16,237 nt of DNA, from NCBI GenBank assembly GCA_964576135.1, contig CAZNTZ010000016.1, positions 1-16,237 of the forward strand. Direction: 5' to 3'. Origin of the DNA: an uncultured Muribaculaceae bacterium (GTDB taxonomy: Bacteria > Pseudomonadota > Alphaproteobacteria > Rs-D84). The translations under genes were made by a program, and so were the position numbers. The notes beneath the pieces are model-generated. The model had not been told where the DNA came from, searched no databases, and worked only from the letters and a program-made list of their open reading frames with translations. Positions 1 through 7,601 of the stretch are shown in pieces (the stretch's first letter is position 1; the number at the start of each line of letters is the position of its first letter).

Positions 1-1063
1 CATTATCAAAGCCAAATTTAGAATAAATATCTTTGATAAATTCAATAACTTTTACAACCTCGCCTTCTAACTGTTGTTCGGTACAGAAAATATGTGCATC
101 ATCCTGGGTAAATTCACGAACACGCATTAAACCCTGGAGTCCCCCTGCTGCCTCATACCGATTAACCTTGCCAAATTCTGCTACATACATTGGTAAGTCT
201 TTGTATGATTTTAATCCTTGGGCAAATACCAACATTCCACCAGGACAAGACATAGGTTTAATACAGAAAGTTTTACCATCTTGGGTTTTTCCACTGTAAT
301 TATGTTCACCATATTTTGCCCAGTGGCCTGATATTTCCCACAAACTGCGGTCCATAACAGACGGGGTCGATATTTCAAGATATCCTGCACGCTCTTGGCG
401 CATTCTGATGTAATCAATCAGACGGCGATATATTCTGTAACCCTTGTCATGCCAGAATACTGCACCTGGCGCATAGTCTGGTTCAAAATGAAATAAATCC
501 ATGTCACGGCCAAGTTTTCTGTTATCACGGGCTGCGGCCTCTTCTTGCATTTTAAGGAATTCTTCTAATTCTTCTTTGCTCGCAAAGGCGTCAACATAAA
601 TGCGTTGCAACATTTTATTTTTTGAATCACCTTTCCAATATGCGCCTGCAACCGTTCTGATTTTCCATGAATCACGCGGTAAATCTTTGGAACTTTCCAC
701 ATGTGGGCCACGGCACAAATCGGTAAAATCACGAAATTTATACACAGATAATTTTTCGCCAGATTCATCGTATTCATTCAACCATTCCATTTTATATGGT
801 TGATCTGCAAATAATTCACGCGCTTCTTTTAATGAAACAATGCTTTGCTCAAAACGGCCGTTTGATTTAATAAGCTCTTTCATTTCTTTTTCGATAGCTG
901 CAAAATCTTCGGGTGAAAATTTATAATCAGTATCGAAATCATAATAAAAACCATTTTCAATTGCTGGGCCGCCAGCAAATTTGACATCTGGGTACAATTT
1001 TTTGACCGCTGCTGCCATCACATGCGCCAGGCTGTGACGAATAAGTTCAATTGGGTGTGACAT
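1..1063 (-). CDS. thrS: Threonyl-tRNA synthetase, N-terminal ~354 codons; the 3' end lies beyond the left edge of the window
   Basis: Absent from the ORF track because it runs off the edge. Reverse translation from the ATG at 1063-1061 gives MSHPIELIRHSLAHVMAAAVKKLYPDVKFAGGPAIENGFYYDFD...AGAYWKGDSKNKMLQRIY...RDNRKLGRDMDLFHF...FWHDKGY...CIKPMSCPGG...LMRVREFTQDDAHIFC. This is collinear with E. coli ThrRS from about residue 65-70 onward (HSCAH, RDHRK, MNCPGH and RVRGFTQDDAHIFC blocks). An in-frame TAA lies 10 codons upstream of the ATG. Confidence 0.93.
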   Translation of the reverse strand, partial: MSHPIELIRHSLAHVMAAAVKKLYPDVKFAGGPAIENGFYYDFDTDYKFSPEDFAAIEKEMKELIKSNGRFEQSIVSLKEARELFADQPYKMEWLNEYDESGEKLSVYKFRDFTDLCRGPHVESSKDLPRDSWKIRTVAGAYWKGDSKNKMLQRIYVDAFASKEELEEFLKMQEEAAARDNRKLGRDMDLFHFEPDYAPGAVFWHDKGYRIYRRLIDYIRMRQERAGYLEISTPSVMDRSLWEISGHWAKYGEHNYSGKTQDGKTFCIKPMSCPGGMLVFAQGLKSYKDLPMYVAEFGKVNRYEAAGGLQGLMRVREFTQDDAHIFCTEQQLEGEVVKVIEFIKDIYSKFGFDN

Positions 1064-1101
1064 AATAAAAAAACCTTTGTTTTTTAATTTTTAGTTATTT
1101 G

Positions 1102-1130
1102 ATTATAGATTGTTCGCAGTAAACCTGCAA
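1102..1130 (-). promoter_or_regulatory. Candidate sigma70 promoter P2 for thrS (TTGCAG-17 nt-TATAAT)
   Basis: On the minus strand, TTGCAG (1130-1125), a 17-nt spacer and TATAAT (1107-1102), about 38 nt upstream of the thrS ATG. Motif match only. Confidence 0.4.
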
Positions 1131-1200
1131 TAGAATTCAGACCCCTGACGGGGTTGTTGTTGTAAATGTCGAAAAGAAACTGTTTTTGTTCATCACCTTG

Positions 1201-1229
1201 ATTATATTTATAAAATCCACCAAAATCAA
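1201..1229 (-). promoter_or_regulatory. Candidate sigma70 promoter P1 for thrS (TTGATT-17 nt-TATAAT)
   Basis: On the minus strand, TTGATT (1229-1224), a 17-nt spacer and TATAAT (1206-1201), immediately downstream of the hlyIII terminator. It would give a ~135-nt leader. Motif match only. Confidence 0.35.
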
Positions 1230-1230
1230 T

Positions 1231-1258
1231 AAAAAAAGCGTCGCTTTGTCAGCGACGC
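1231..1258 (-). terminator. Rho-independent terminator of the gltX-GNAT-hlyIII operon
   Basis: The minus strand reads GCGTCGC-TGACAAA-GCGACGC (perfect 7-bp GC-rich stem) followed by TTTTTTT. It begins 11 nt after the stop codon at 1270. Confidence 0.85.
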
Positions 1259-1269
1259 ATTATTTTTTC

Positions 1270-2016
1270 TTAGAAATCTATAATACTTCCGAACAAGACC
1301 GCAAAGAAAAAGCAAACCGTTCCACCGATAACGAACAAGTGCCAAATTGCGTGTGAAAACTTCATCTTGCGCCATAAGTAAAATACGACCCCAAGGCTGT
1401 ACGATAGTGCGCCGGCCAATATGAACCAAAGTCCGCGTGCTGGCATATGATGAATCATTGCTGGCAATATTGCGAGTACCGCCCACCCCATAGCAAGATA
1501 TAATCCAACCATCCATTTCGGTTGTTGACGCGGATTCTTTATTTTCATAATACTCCCAAAAATAACGATTGCCCAAAGAATACCAAACATTGTCCAACCC
1601 AATCCGCCACGTAAATTAACCAACAAAAATGGCGTATAAGTTCCAGCAATCAGTGCGTAAATCGCAACACTATCCCATACTTCGAAAAAGCATTCTGATT
1701 TACTTCCAATCATTGCATGACACATTGTTGATCCAAAATAAAGCGTAATCATGGTAAGCCCGAATATGGCACATGAAACGACTGCCCATGGATCACCCTT
1801 TAACGCAGCGAACACACAAAGCAGCGTTAAACATGCAATTGCCAATCCAATTCCAATTCCATGTGTTAAAATATTCAAAGATTCTTCTGATTTTGTGCTT
1901 GGACGTTCCCAACGAAACAACCCGGTTGCACGCAACGCGCGCAGTAATAAACTCGCGCGACCATCTTTTTTTACAGCTTTTAATTTTTGACGAACTATTT
2001 TTTTTGATTTAACCAT
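1270..2016 (-). CDS. Hemolysin III / PAQR-family integral membrane protein (YqfA/TrhA-like)
   Basis: 248 aa with about 7 hydrophobic helices. Family hallmarks are SLNILTHGIGIGLAI near the N-terminus and SHAIWHLFVIGGTVCFFFAV (HxxxH) near the C-terminus. A strong SD (AAAGGAGAAAGTA-ATG) precedes the start. The K/R-rich N-terminal ~30 aa are extra. Confidence 0.85.
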   Translation of the reverse strand: MVKSKKIVRQKLKAVKKDGRASLLLRALRATGLFRWERPSTKSEESLNILTHGIGIGLAIACLTLLCVFAALKGDPWAVVSCAIFGLTMITLYFGSTMCHAMIGSKSECFFEVWDSVAIYALIAGTYTPFLLVNLRGGLGWTMFGILWAIVIFGSIMKIKNPRQQPKWMVGLYLAMGWAVLAILPAMIHHMPARGLWFILAGALSYSLGVVFYLWRKMKFSHAIWHLFVIGGTVCFFFAVLFGSIIDF

Positions 2017-2027
2017 TACTTTCTCCT

Positions 2028-2459
2028 TTATATTTCCTTAATCATCTCAGTGTAAATTTTACCTTCATCAAATCCAAAATGTTTATAAAAGTTTATAAGT
2101 TTCTTATTATCTGAATCTGCATATAAAACTATATATTTAACACCTTTTTCTTTTAACGAATTAAAAAAATAATTTCCCAATAACGAATACGTATTCGTTC
2201 CTCGAAAATCTTGATGAACCGCAAAATAATGTGCCCCAGCCCAACGGGTATTCATAATCGTTCCATGAATAAAGCCTATTACTTCATTATCTTTTTCTGC
2301 AACTATAAAAATTACATTTTTATCTTTTATTCCGTTTTCCATATCAATAATTTCTATCGGAGCGTCATTTGTAATAAGTGCCTCACCGCCAGAAATTTGG
2401 ATTTTCTGTATTGAATAAAAATCTCTTGGCTCTGCCTGGCGGATTATTATTTCAGACAT
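2028..2459 (-). CDS. GNAT-family N-acetyltransferase (substrate unknown)
   Basis: 143 aa with GNAT-like layout: IIIRQAEPRDFYSIQKI, VIGFIHG, YFAVHQDFRG...LL and INFYKHFGF. The SD AAAGGA lies 8 nt upstream. The start overlaps the gltX 3' end by 13 nt. The R/Q-x-x-G-x-G/A acetyl-CoA motif is not cleanly present (FRGTNTY). Confidence 0.72.
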   Translation of the reverse strand: MSEIIIRQAEPRDFYSIQKIQISGGEALITNDAPIEIIDMENGIKDKNVIFIVAEKDNEVIGFIHGTIMNTRWAGAHYFAVHQDFRGTNTYSLLGNYFFNSLKEKGVKYIVLYADSDNKKLINFYKHFGFDEGKIYTEMIKEI

Positions 2460-4096
2460 TTATTTATCCTTTCAATAACCATGTCTTTTTTATATTTACC
2501 CATAACCTGAATTACCGAATATAAATCTGGCGTGTTTGTACGACCTGTCAATGCCACACGCAGCGACATTGCCGCGTCCCCGTTTTTAAGACCGAGTATC
2601 GCCGCAATATCTGTTATCTTTTTCCACCAAATATCTTTATCGTCATTAATATCAAATGTTTTCAGAAACTCAGATAAAACTTGTTTGTTTGTTTCTGGGA
2701 TTTTTGTTTTTGCAAACTCGTCATCAAAGAAATATGCGATTTCTTCCAGCGTTTGTTTCCAAGTAATAAAATCTTTCCTGACGCGTTTCGGATTATCACG
2801 TTCAATTGATAAAATATTTCTTAAATAATCAGTATCAGCAACTTTTGACTTTGCAGATTCATCACCGTATTCTTTTACCCAATCTATTACACTGCTCAAC
2901 AACTTATCAATATCCATTGTTCCGATATGTTCGCGTGCCCACCATTCCAATTTTTTCATATCAAACAGCGCACCAGACATTGGAATCTTTTTAATTTTAA
3001 TTGGGTAATTCCAAAGGTTAGTATTTGGATTTTTAGCTTTTTCTTCCTCGTAACCACTGGATACGATGTTCAACAAATACTCTAATACTGCCTCGGTCGG
3101 CCAACCATTTTCAAGATACATAGCAACTGACGCTTCGGGGTCATGGCGTTTGGATAACTTTCTTTGATTTCCTGTTTCCGGATCGATTTTATCCAATGTT
3201 GATGTATGAACGTACACTGGCGGGGTCCAGTCCATTATACTGAATAACTGAATATGCAAAGGCAAACTTGGCAACCATTCTTCGCCACGAACAACATTTG
3301 TTGTGCGCATAAAATGGTCGTCACACAGGTGTGCGAAATGATAAGTCGGCAACCCGTCATTTGATTTAATTAAAACAATATCTTCGTTATTTTCTGGAAA
3401 GGCAATAGAACCGCGGGCGGCGTCTTTGCAAAAAATCTTACGCGATGGATCACCATTTGAATACAGACGAATTGATGGAATTTCACCAGCATCAAGATGT
3501 TCGATTATTTTCGATTCGGATAAATTTCTGTCGCGCGCAAATTCGCTATAAATACCTGTTGGGTAACCAGCAGACTTTTGCTTTTCACGAATTTCTTCCA
3601 TTTCTTTTGGTTTCAAAAAACATGGATAAGCAAGCCCTTTTTCCAGTAATTCTGCTGCAACAGAATGATAAATTTCTTTGCGCTGACTCTGCACATAGTT
3701 ACCATATTCACCATACTCACTTAACTGAGGTTTGTTACCTTTGAATTCTCCATTTCCAACATCAATAACATAAGTCTGCTCGTCCGGATTCAAACCAAAC
3801 GAAATCAAAGAGTTTTGTATTAAACGCACTGCTCCACCAATTTCTCTTTTTGTGTCCGTGTCTTCTATCCGCAATATAAATACACCTCCGGACTGTTTTG
3901 CCAATTTATAATTTATCAGCATTTGATACAGACCACCCAAATGCATAAAACCGGTTGGACTGGGCGCGAAACGCGTCACCATTGCGCCATCTGGTAAATT
4001 CCGTGGTGGATACATTTTTTCCAAATCTGCCATGGTATGTTTGGCATCTGGTAAAAGTCGTGAAATTAAATTTTTTGATAAGCCTTGTCTAGTCAT
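2447..4096 (-). CDS. gltX: Glutamyl-tRNA synthetase, long form (549 aa from the chosen start)
   Basis: Carries the class I signature RFAPSPTGFMHLGG (HIGH), then FILRIEDTDTKRE, and KLSKRH (KMSKS). The ORF-track ATG at 4186 would overlap trmB. I chose the ATG at 4096 (MTRQGLSKNLISRLLPDAKHTMADLEKMYPPRNL...), because an N-terminal leader ending in MYPxRxL before the HIGH motif is, as I recall, typical of long-form GluRS. The ATG at 4033 is an alternative. Confidence 0.88.
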   Translation of the reverse strand: MTRQGLSKNLISRLLPDAKHTMADLEKMYPPRNLPDGAMVTRFAPSPTGFMHLGGLYQMLINYKLAKQSGGVFILRIEDTDTKREIGGAVRLIQNSLISFGLNPDEQTYVIDVGNGEFKGNKPQLSEYGEYGNYVQSQRKEIYHSVAAELLEKGLAYPCFLKPKEMEEIREKQKSAGYPTGIYSEFARDRNLSESKIIEHLDAGEIPSIRLYSNGDPSRKIFCKDAARGSIAFPENNEDIVLIKSNDGLPTYHFAHLCDDHFMRTTNVVRGEEWLPSLPLHIQLFSIMDWTPPVYVHTSTLDKIDPETGNQRKLSKRHDPEASVAMYLENGWPTEAVLEYLLNIVSSGYEEEKAKNPNTNLWNYPIKIKKIPMSGALFDMKKLEWWAREHIGTMDIDKLLSSVIDWVKEYGDESAKSKVADTDYLRNILSIERDNPKRVRKDFITWKQTLEEIAYFFDDEFAKTKIPETNKQVLSEFLKTFDINDDKDIWWKKITDIAAILGLKNGDAAMSLRVALTGRTNTPDLYSVIQVMGKYKKDMVIERINKCLK

Positions 4097-4132
4097 GAAA
4101 TCTATTTTACACTTGGAAATATGGAAAAACAA
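4085..4132. promoter_or_regulatory. Face-to-face divergent promoter candidates for trmB (+) and gltX (-)
   Basis: On the plus strand: TTGTCT (4085-4090), 17 nt, TACACT (4108-4113), 7 nt, then the trmB ATG at 4121. On the minus strand: TTGTTT (4132-4127), 17 nt, TAAAAT (4109-4104), 7 nt, then the gltX ATG at 4096. Motif matches only. Confidence 0.3.
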
Positions 4133-4750
4133 GAAATAAGAACTTTTGGTCGTCGTCATGGGAAAAAGCTTTCCGCACATCAACAAGGACTGATTGATAA
4201 CCTGTTGCCAAAACTTTTACCGGCGAATAATTATAAAAATACCAACGCAATTCTCGAAATTGGATTCGGTGCCGGTGAACATTTAATGGATTTGACAATA
4301 TCAAACCCAGATTCGATAATCATAGGGGCCGAGCCATACATAAACGGTATTGCATCGTTATTGTCACATATAACTGAAAACAATGTCGTTAAACCAGAAT
4401 ATAAAAATATACGTATCTGGCCAGATGATGTTCGAAAATTGTTTTCAGATATAAATCTGAAATTCTCTGAAATATGGGTACTGCACCCTGACCCATGGCC
4501 CAAGGCGCGACATGAAAAGCGGCGATTATTATCAGTAGAATTCCTGAAAATTCTGGTAGACAAATTAGACGCACGCGGAAAAATAATCATTGGCACGGAT
4601 CATACTGATTATTACAATTGGATTGTTGAGCAAATTAAAAAAACGAACCTTAAAACAAATTCTGATAAACAATCTGTAATTGAAACACGTTATCAAAAGA
4701 AAAATATGTTTGGATCGGAAAAAACGATGTATATTGAGCTGACAATTTAA
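4121..4750 (+). CDS. trmB: tRNA (guanine46-N7)-methyltransferase
   Basis: Carries FGRRHGKKLSAHQQ near the N-terminus, the SAM-binding ILEIGFGAGEHL motif, and the HPDPWPKARHEKRRLL signature. The ORF-track start is a TTG at 4085. The first ATG (4121, MEKQEIRTFGRR) fits the family N-terminus and avoids overlap with gltX. Confidence 0.86.
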   Translation: MEKQEIRTFGRRHGKKLSAHQQGLIDNLLPKLLPANNYKNTNAILEIGFGAGEHLMDLTISNPDSIIIGAEPYINGIASLLSHITENNVVKPEYKNIRIWPDDVRKLFSDINLKFSEIWVLHPDPWPKARHEKRRLLSVEFLKILVDKLDARGKIIIGTDHTDYYNWIVEQIKKTNLKTNSDKQSVIETRYQKKNMFGSEKTMYIELTI

Positions 4751-4751
4751 T

Positions 4752-6068
4752 ATGCCAAAAAAAGAAATAAAATCTTTACCAAAAAATACAGACCATAATT
4801 CAAGACCTTTGGCCGATATTTTACGTCCAAAAACAATTGATGAAATCGTTGGCCAGCGCACATTACTGGGACCAGGCGGACTTATCCGACAAATGGTCGA
4901 ATCGGGTCATTTATCAAATTTATTATTATGGGGGCCACCGGGTTGCGGTAAAACAACAATTGCACGCGCACTGGCGGCAAGCACAGATTTAGATTTTGTT
5001 CCAATGTCCGCTGTATTTTCCGGAACGGCCGATATTAAAAAAGCTATGGAAGCGGCAAAAATGAACCGCGCCATTGGACGCGGAACATTATTATTCATTG
5101 ATGAAATTCATCGGTTCAACAAGACCCAGCAAGATACCCTGCTGCCATATCTGGAAGATGGCACTGTCGTTTTCATTGGCGCGACAACTGAAAACCCAAG
5201 TTTTGAATTAAATAATGCTTTGCTGTCACGTTGTCATATAGCCGTTCTTTCACCACTCTCTAGCGAAGATTTAATAGAATTGATGAATCGTGCAGAAAAG
5301 TTTTTGGAAATAAAATTACCACTTGATACAAACGCAAGAACGCACCTGTGTCAAATGGCAGATGGCGATGCGCGTTTTTTATTAAACACAATTGAATATC
5401 TGGGGTCTGCAAAATTTGATCATGATTTATCATCAGATGAATTGACGACTGCGGTTCAAAAACGTGCCCCACTTTCTGATAAATCTGGGGACGAACATTA
5501 TAATTTAATTTCTGCGGTTCATAAATCGCTCCGTGCAAGCGATACAGATGCCGCACTTTATTGGACCGCACGAATGATGTCTGGCGGTCAAGACCCAATG
5601 TATTTGTTTCGAAGACTGACAAGATTTGCAATGGAAGATATAGGCCTGGCCGATCCGAACGCTATGCAGCTTGCACTGGCCGCTTGGCAAATTTATGAAC
5701 GCATGGGCAGTCCCGAAGGTGATCTGGCCCTGACCCAATTGGTTATATACCTGGGCACTGCACCAAAATCAACGGCGAATTACCGTGCCGCCGGCGCAGC
5801 GTGGCGTGCAGCAGCACAGTTCGGCAGTTTAATGCCACCAAAAAACATTCTGAACGCGCCAACAAAAATGATGAAAAATTTGGGATACAGCGAAGGTTAT
5901 GTTTACGAGCCTGATACAGAATCTGGATTTTCAGGTCAAAACTGCTTTCCAGAATCGATGCCAAGGCAGAGTTTTTATCACCCCATAGAACGTGGCTTTG
6001 AACGTGAGATAAAAAAACGAATAGAATACTGGGATAAACTCCGCAAAGAATTAAAGCAAGGCGAATAA
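4752..6068 (+). CDS. rarA: Replication-associated recombination protein A (AAA+ ATPase, MgsA/RarA)
   Basis: 438 aa with Walker A LLLWGPPGCGKTTIA, Walker B LLFIDEIHRFNKTQQDTLLPYLEDG, and the MgsA C-terminal block SDTDAALYWTARMMSGGQDPMYLFRRL. The start is 1 nt after the trmB stop. Confidence 0.93.
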   Translation: MPKKEIKSLPKNTDHNSRPLADILRPKTIDEIVGQRTLLGPGGLIRQMVESGHLSNLLLWGPPGCGKTTIARALAASTDLDFVPMSAVFSGTADIKKAMEAAKMNRAIGRGTLLFIDEIHRFNKTQQDTLLPYLEDGTVVFIGATTENPSFELNNALLSRCHIAVLSPLSSEDLIELMNRAEKFLEIKLPLDTNARTHLCQMADGDARFLLNTIEYLGSAKFDHDLSSDELTTAVQKRAPLSDKSGDEHYNLISAVHKSLRASDTDAALYWTARMMSGGQDPMYLFRRLTRFAMEDIGLADPNAMQLALAAWQIYERMGSPEGDLALTQLVIYLGTAPKSTANYRAAGAAWRAAAQFGSLMPPKNILNAPTKMMKNLGYSEGYVYEPDTESGFSGQNCFPESMPRQSFYHPIERGFEREIKKRIEYWDKLRKELKQGE

Positions 6069-7601
6069 TTATTTACAATTACAAACTTCGGTTTCTAAAT
6101 TATAATCAGCAAATACTTTGCCACCGGTTGCGCAATTACCAGCGCAATCAGCAGTATAATAGAATTTTTTAGAATCATCAGTTGATATTCCGCTGCGTAA
6201 TCCATTTGTGCAATAAACAGATTTATTTATACGATCTAACCTGCCGGTATTGCCCACGCAAATCTGTTCAAATAATTTCTTATTAAATGCTTTACTGAAT
6301 TTACTATCTATAAATTTACCGCCAATACTAAAATTATATCCTTCATTAAATTTGAAAGTTTTGGCCGCCTCTTCTGCGGATATAATATTCATTTCTTCGC
6401 AATTTTTTGTCTCAGTACCTGAAATTACTGTGCATTTCATGTATTTATTTTGCAGGCGGGCCTGGCATATTTCAACAGCACCTGAAATATTACATTCTAT
6501 GTGTGCATTTGAATAATCAGGTTTATTTTTAATATATTCACATAAAAATTTTTTGCCTTCGGATAAATTTTCACCCTTGCATTCAGGGTTCTGAACAATT
6601 TCAACTATTACGGTCTTGTTGTATTCTTTCTGTGCTTCAATCGCGATATTATATTTTTCTTTTAATTTTTCCAAATATGCTTTGACTTTGTTTATTCTAA
6701 CTTTTTGTGTTTTATAATTCGGAACATCATAATATGCACTTGATAATTCTACACATGCACTTGTTCTGGCTTTTTCGCTTGGCAAATCAGAATTTACTAT
6801 GGCATTTCTGCAAAAATCATTTGTCAGCAAAGCCATTGCTTTGTTCATTTCTGCATCAAAACCCTGAATTTGAGCATTTGTTAATTTAACCTCTGGATTG
6901 GTTTTATTTTCATAAGCATTAAATAAAACATTTACTTGATTTTTAACAGATTCTATGGATTTTTCATCCCAGACATTATTTTTTACATTATTCTTAACCA
7001 CGTCCAATAGTTTCTGTAACTCTTTGCATTCTGGCAATTTTTCTTTGGCGCATGCGTCAGATTTTATTGCGCTATCTGCAATTGCGATAATAGAATTATA
7101 TTCTTTGTTTTGATCATCATTTAAAGTGTTTTTGATAATTTCAGAATTCACAATTTTATTTTTAATAACCCATTTTCCAGTTTGATTATCTTTGATACAT
7201 TCTTGTGTTTTTGCATCTGTAATTGTTTTTTCACACTCTTCTTTTGCCGCCTGATCAGCCTTTTCTGATGCAACCCTTTCTTGTTCTGCGCGTAAATTTT
7301 TCAAATTTTCTTCGTTTGATGATATTTGATCTTTTTGCTTACTTATTTTCGACATTTGGTAAATATTAACACCCGCACCCACAGCAGTAAGACCCAATGT
7401 GGTTATTCCAGCAATTTTGAAACCTTTGACACTTTTTTGACATTTTTCAAGATCGCTATATTTTTGTTGTTTTTCAGCAGTAAGTTTCGCAATCTCGCTG
7501 TCAAGCATTTGAATTTTTACAGAAGTATCAGTTGTTGCAGCCATGGCAATATTTGCCGATATAAAAAAACAAAAAAAGTATGGCAAAATTTTTTTACTCA
7601 T
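6069..7601 (-). CDS. Secreted or membrane protein of unknown family: signal peptide, coiled coil, Gly-zipper hydrophobic segment, Cys-rich C-terminal region
   Basis: 510 codons, far longer than a chance ORF in AT-rich DNA. The signal peptide MSKKILPYFFCFFISANIAMA|A has an AxA site. There are K/E/Q-rich heptad-like stretches. The hydrophobic Gly-rich segment FKIAGITTLGLTAVGAGVNIYQM is encoded at nt 7353-7421. There are 19 Cys after the signal peptide, 18 of them C-terminal to the hydrophobic segment. I recognise no family. Confidence 0.75.
   Translation of the reverse strand: MSKKILPYFFCFFISANIAMAATTDTSVKIQMLDSEIAKLTAEKQQKYSDLEKCQKSVKGFKIAGITTLGLTAVGAGVNIYQMSKISKQKDQISSNEENLKNLRAEQERVASEKADQAAKEECEKTITDAKTQECIKDNQTGKWVIKNKIVNSEIIKNTLNDDQNKEYNSIIAIADSAIKSDACAKEKLPECKELQKLLDVVKNNVKNNVWDEKSIESVKNQVNVLFNAYENKTNPEVKLTNAQIQGFDAEMNKAMALLTNDFCRNAIVNSDLPSEKARTSACVELSSAYYDVPNYKTQKVRINKVKAYLEKLKEKYNIAIEAQKEYNKTVIVEIVQNPECKGENLSEGKKFLCEYIKNKPDYSNAHIECNISGAVEICQARLQNKYMKCTVISGTETKNCEEMNIISAEEAAKTFKFNEGYNFSIGGKFIDSKFSKAFNKKLFEQICVGNTGRLDRINKSVYCTNGLRSGISTDDSKKFYYTADCAGNCATGGKVFADYNLETEVCNCK

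Noticed and set aside
1141-1154. The hairpin ACCCC-GUCA-GGGGU as a terminator, T-box or tRNA-Thr anticodon mimic
   Set aside because: No U-run follows it on the thrS strand. The loop is a tetraloop without a Thr anticodon (NGU). I find no T-box specifier or antiterminator architecture. It is kept only as part of the leader observation.
1226-1597. 123-aa minus-strand ORF overlapping the hemolysin III gene in another frame
   Set aside because: The hlyIII frame carries the family motifs over its whole length. The alternative frame runs through the terminator hairpin and has no motif support.
4097-4186. Longer N-terminal extensions of gltX (ATG 4186) and trmB (TTG 4085) given by the ORF track
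   Set aside because: The two extensions would overlap each other by ~100 nt. They encode non-conserved, Phe/Lys-rich sequence (MLMCGKLFPMTTTKSSYFLFFHISKCKIDF and MSSHEIYFTLGN). Internal ATGs at 4096 and 4121 match the family N-termini.
7594-7601. The 8-nt overlap as a programmed frameshift site fusing the 122-aa and 510-aa ORFs
   Set aside because: The downstream ORF begins with its own complete signal peptide, which would make no sense in the middle of a fusion protein. Ordinary translational coupling explains the overlap.
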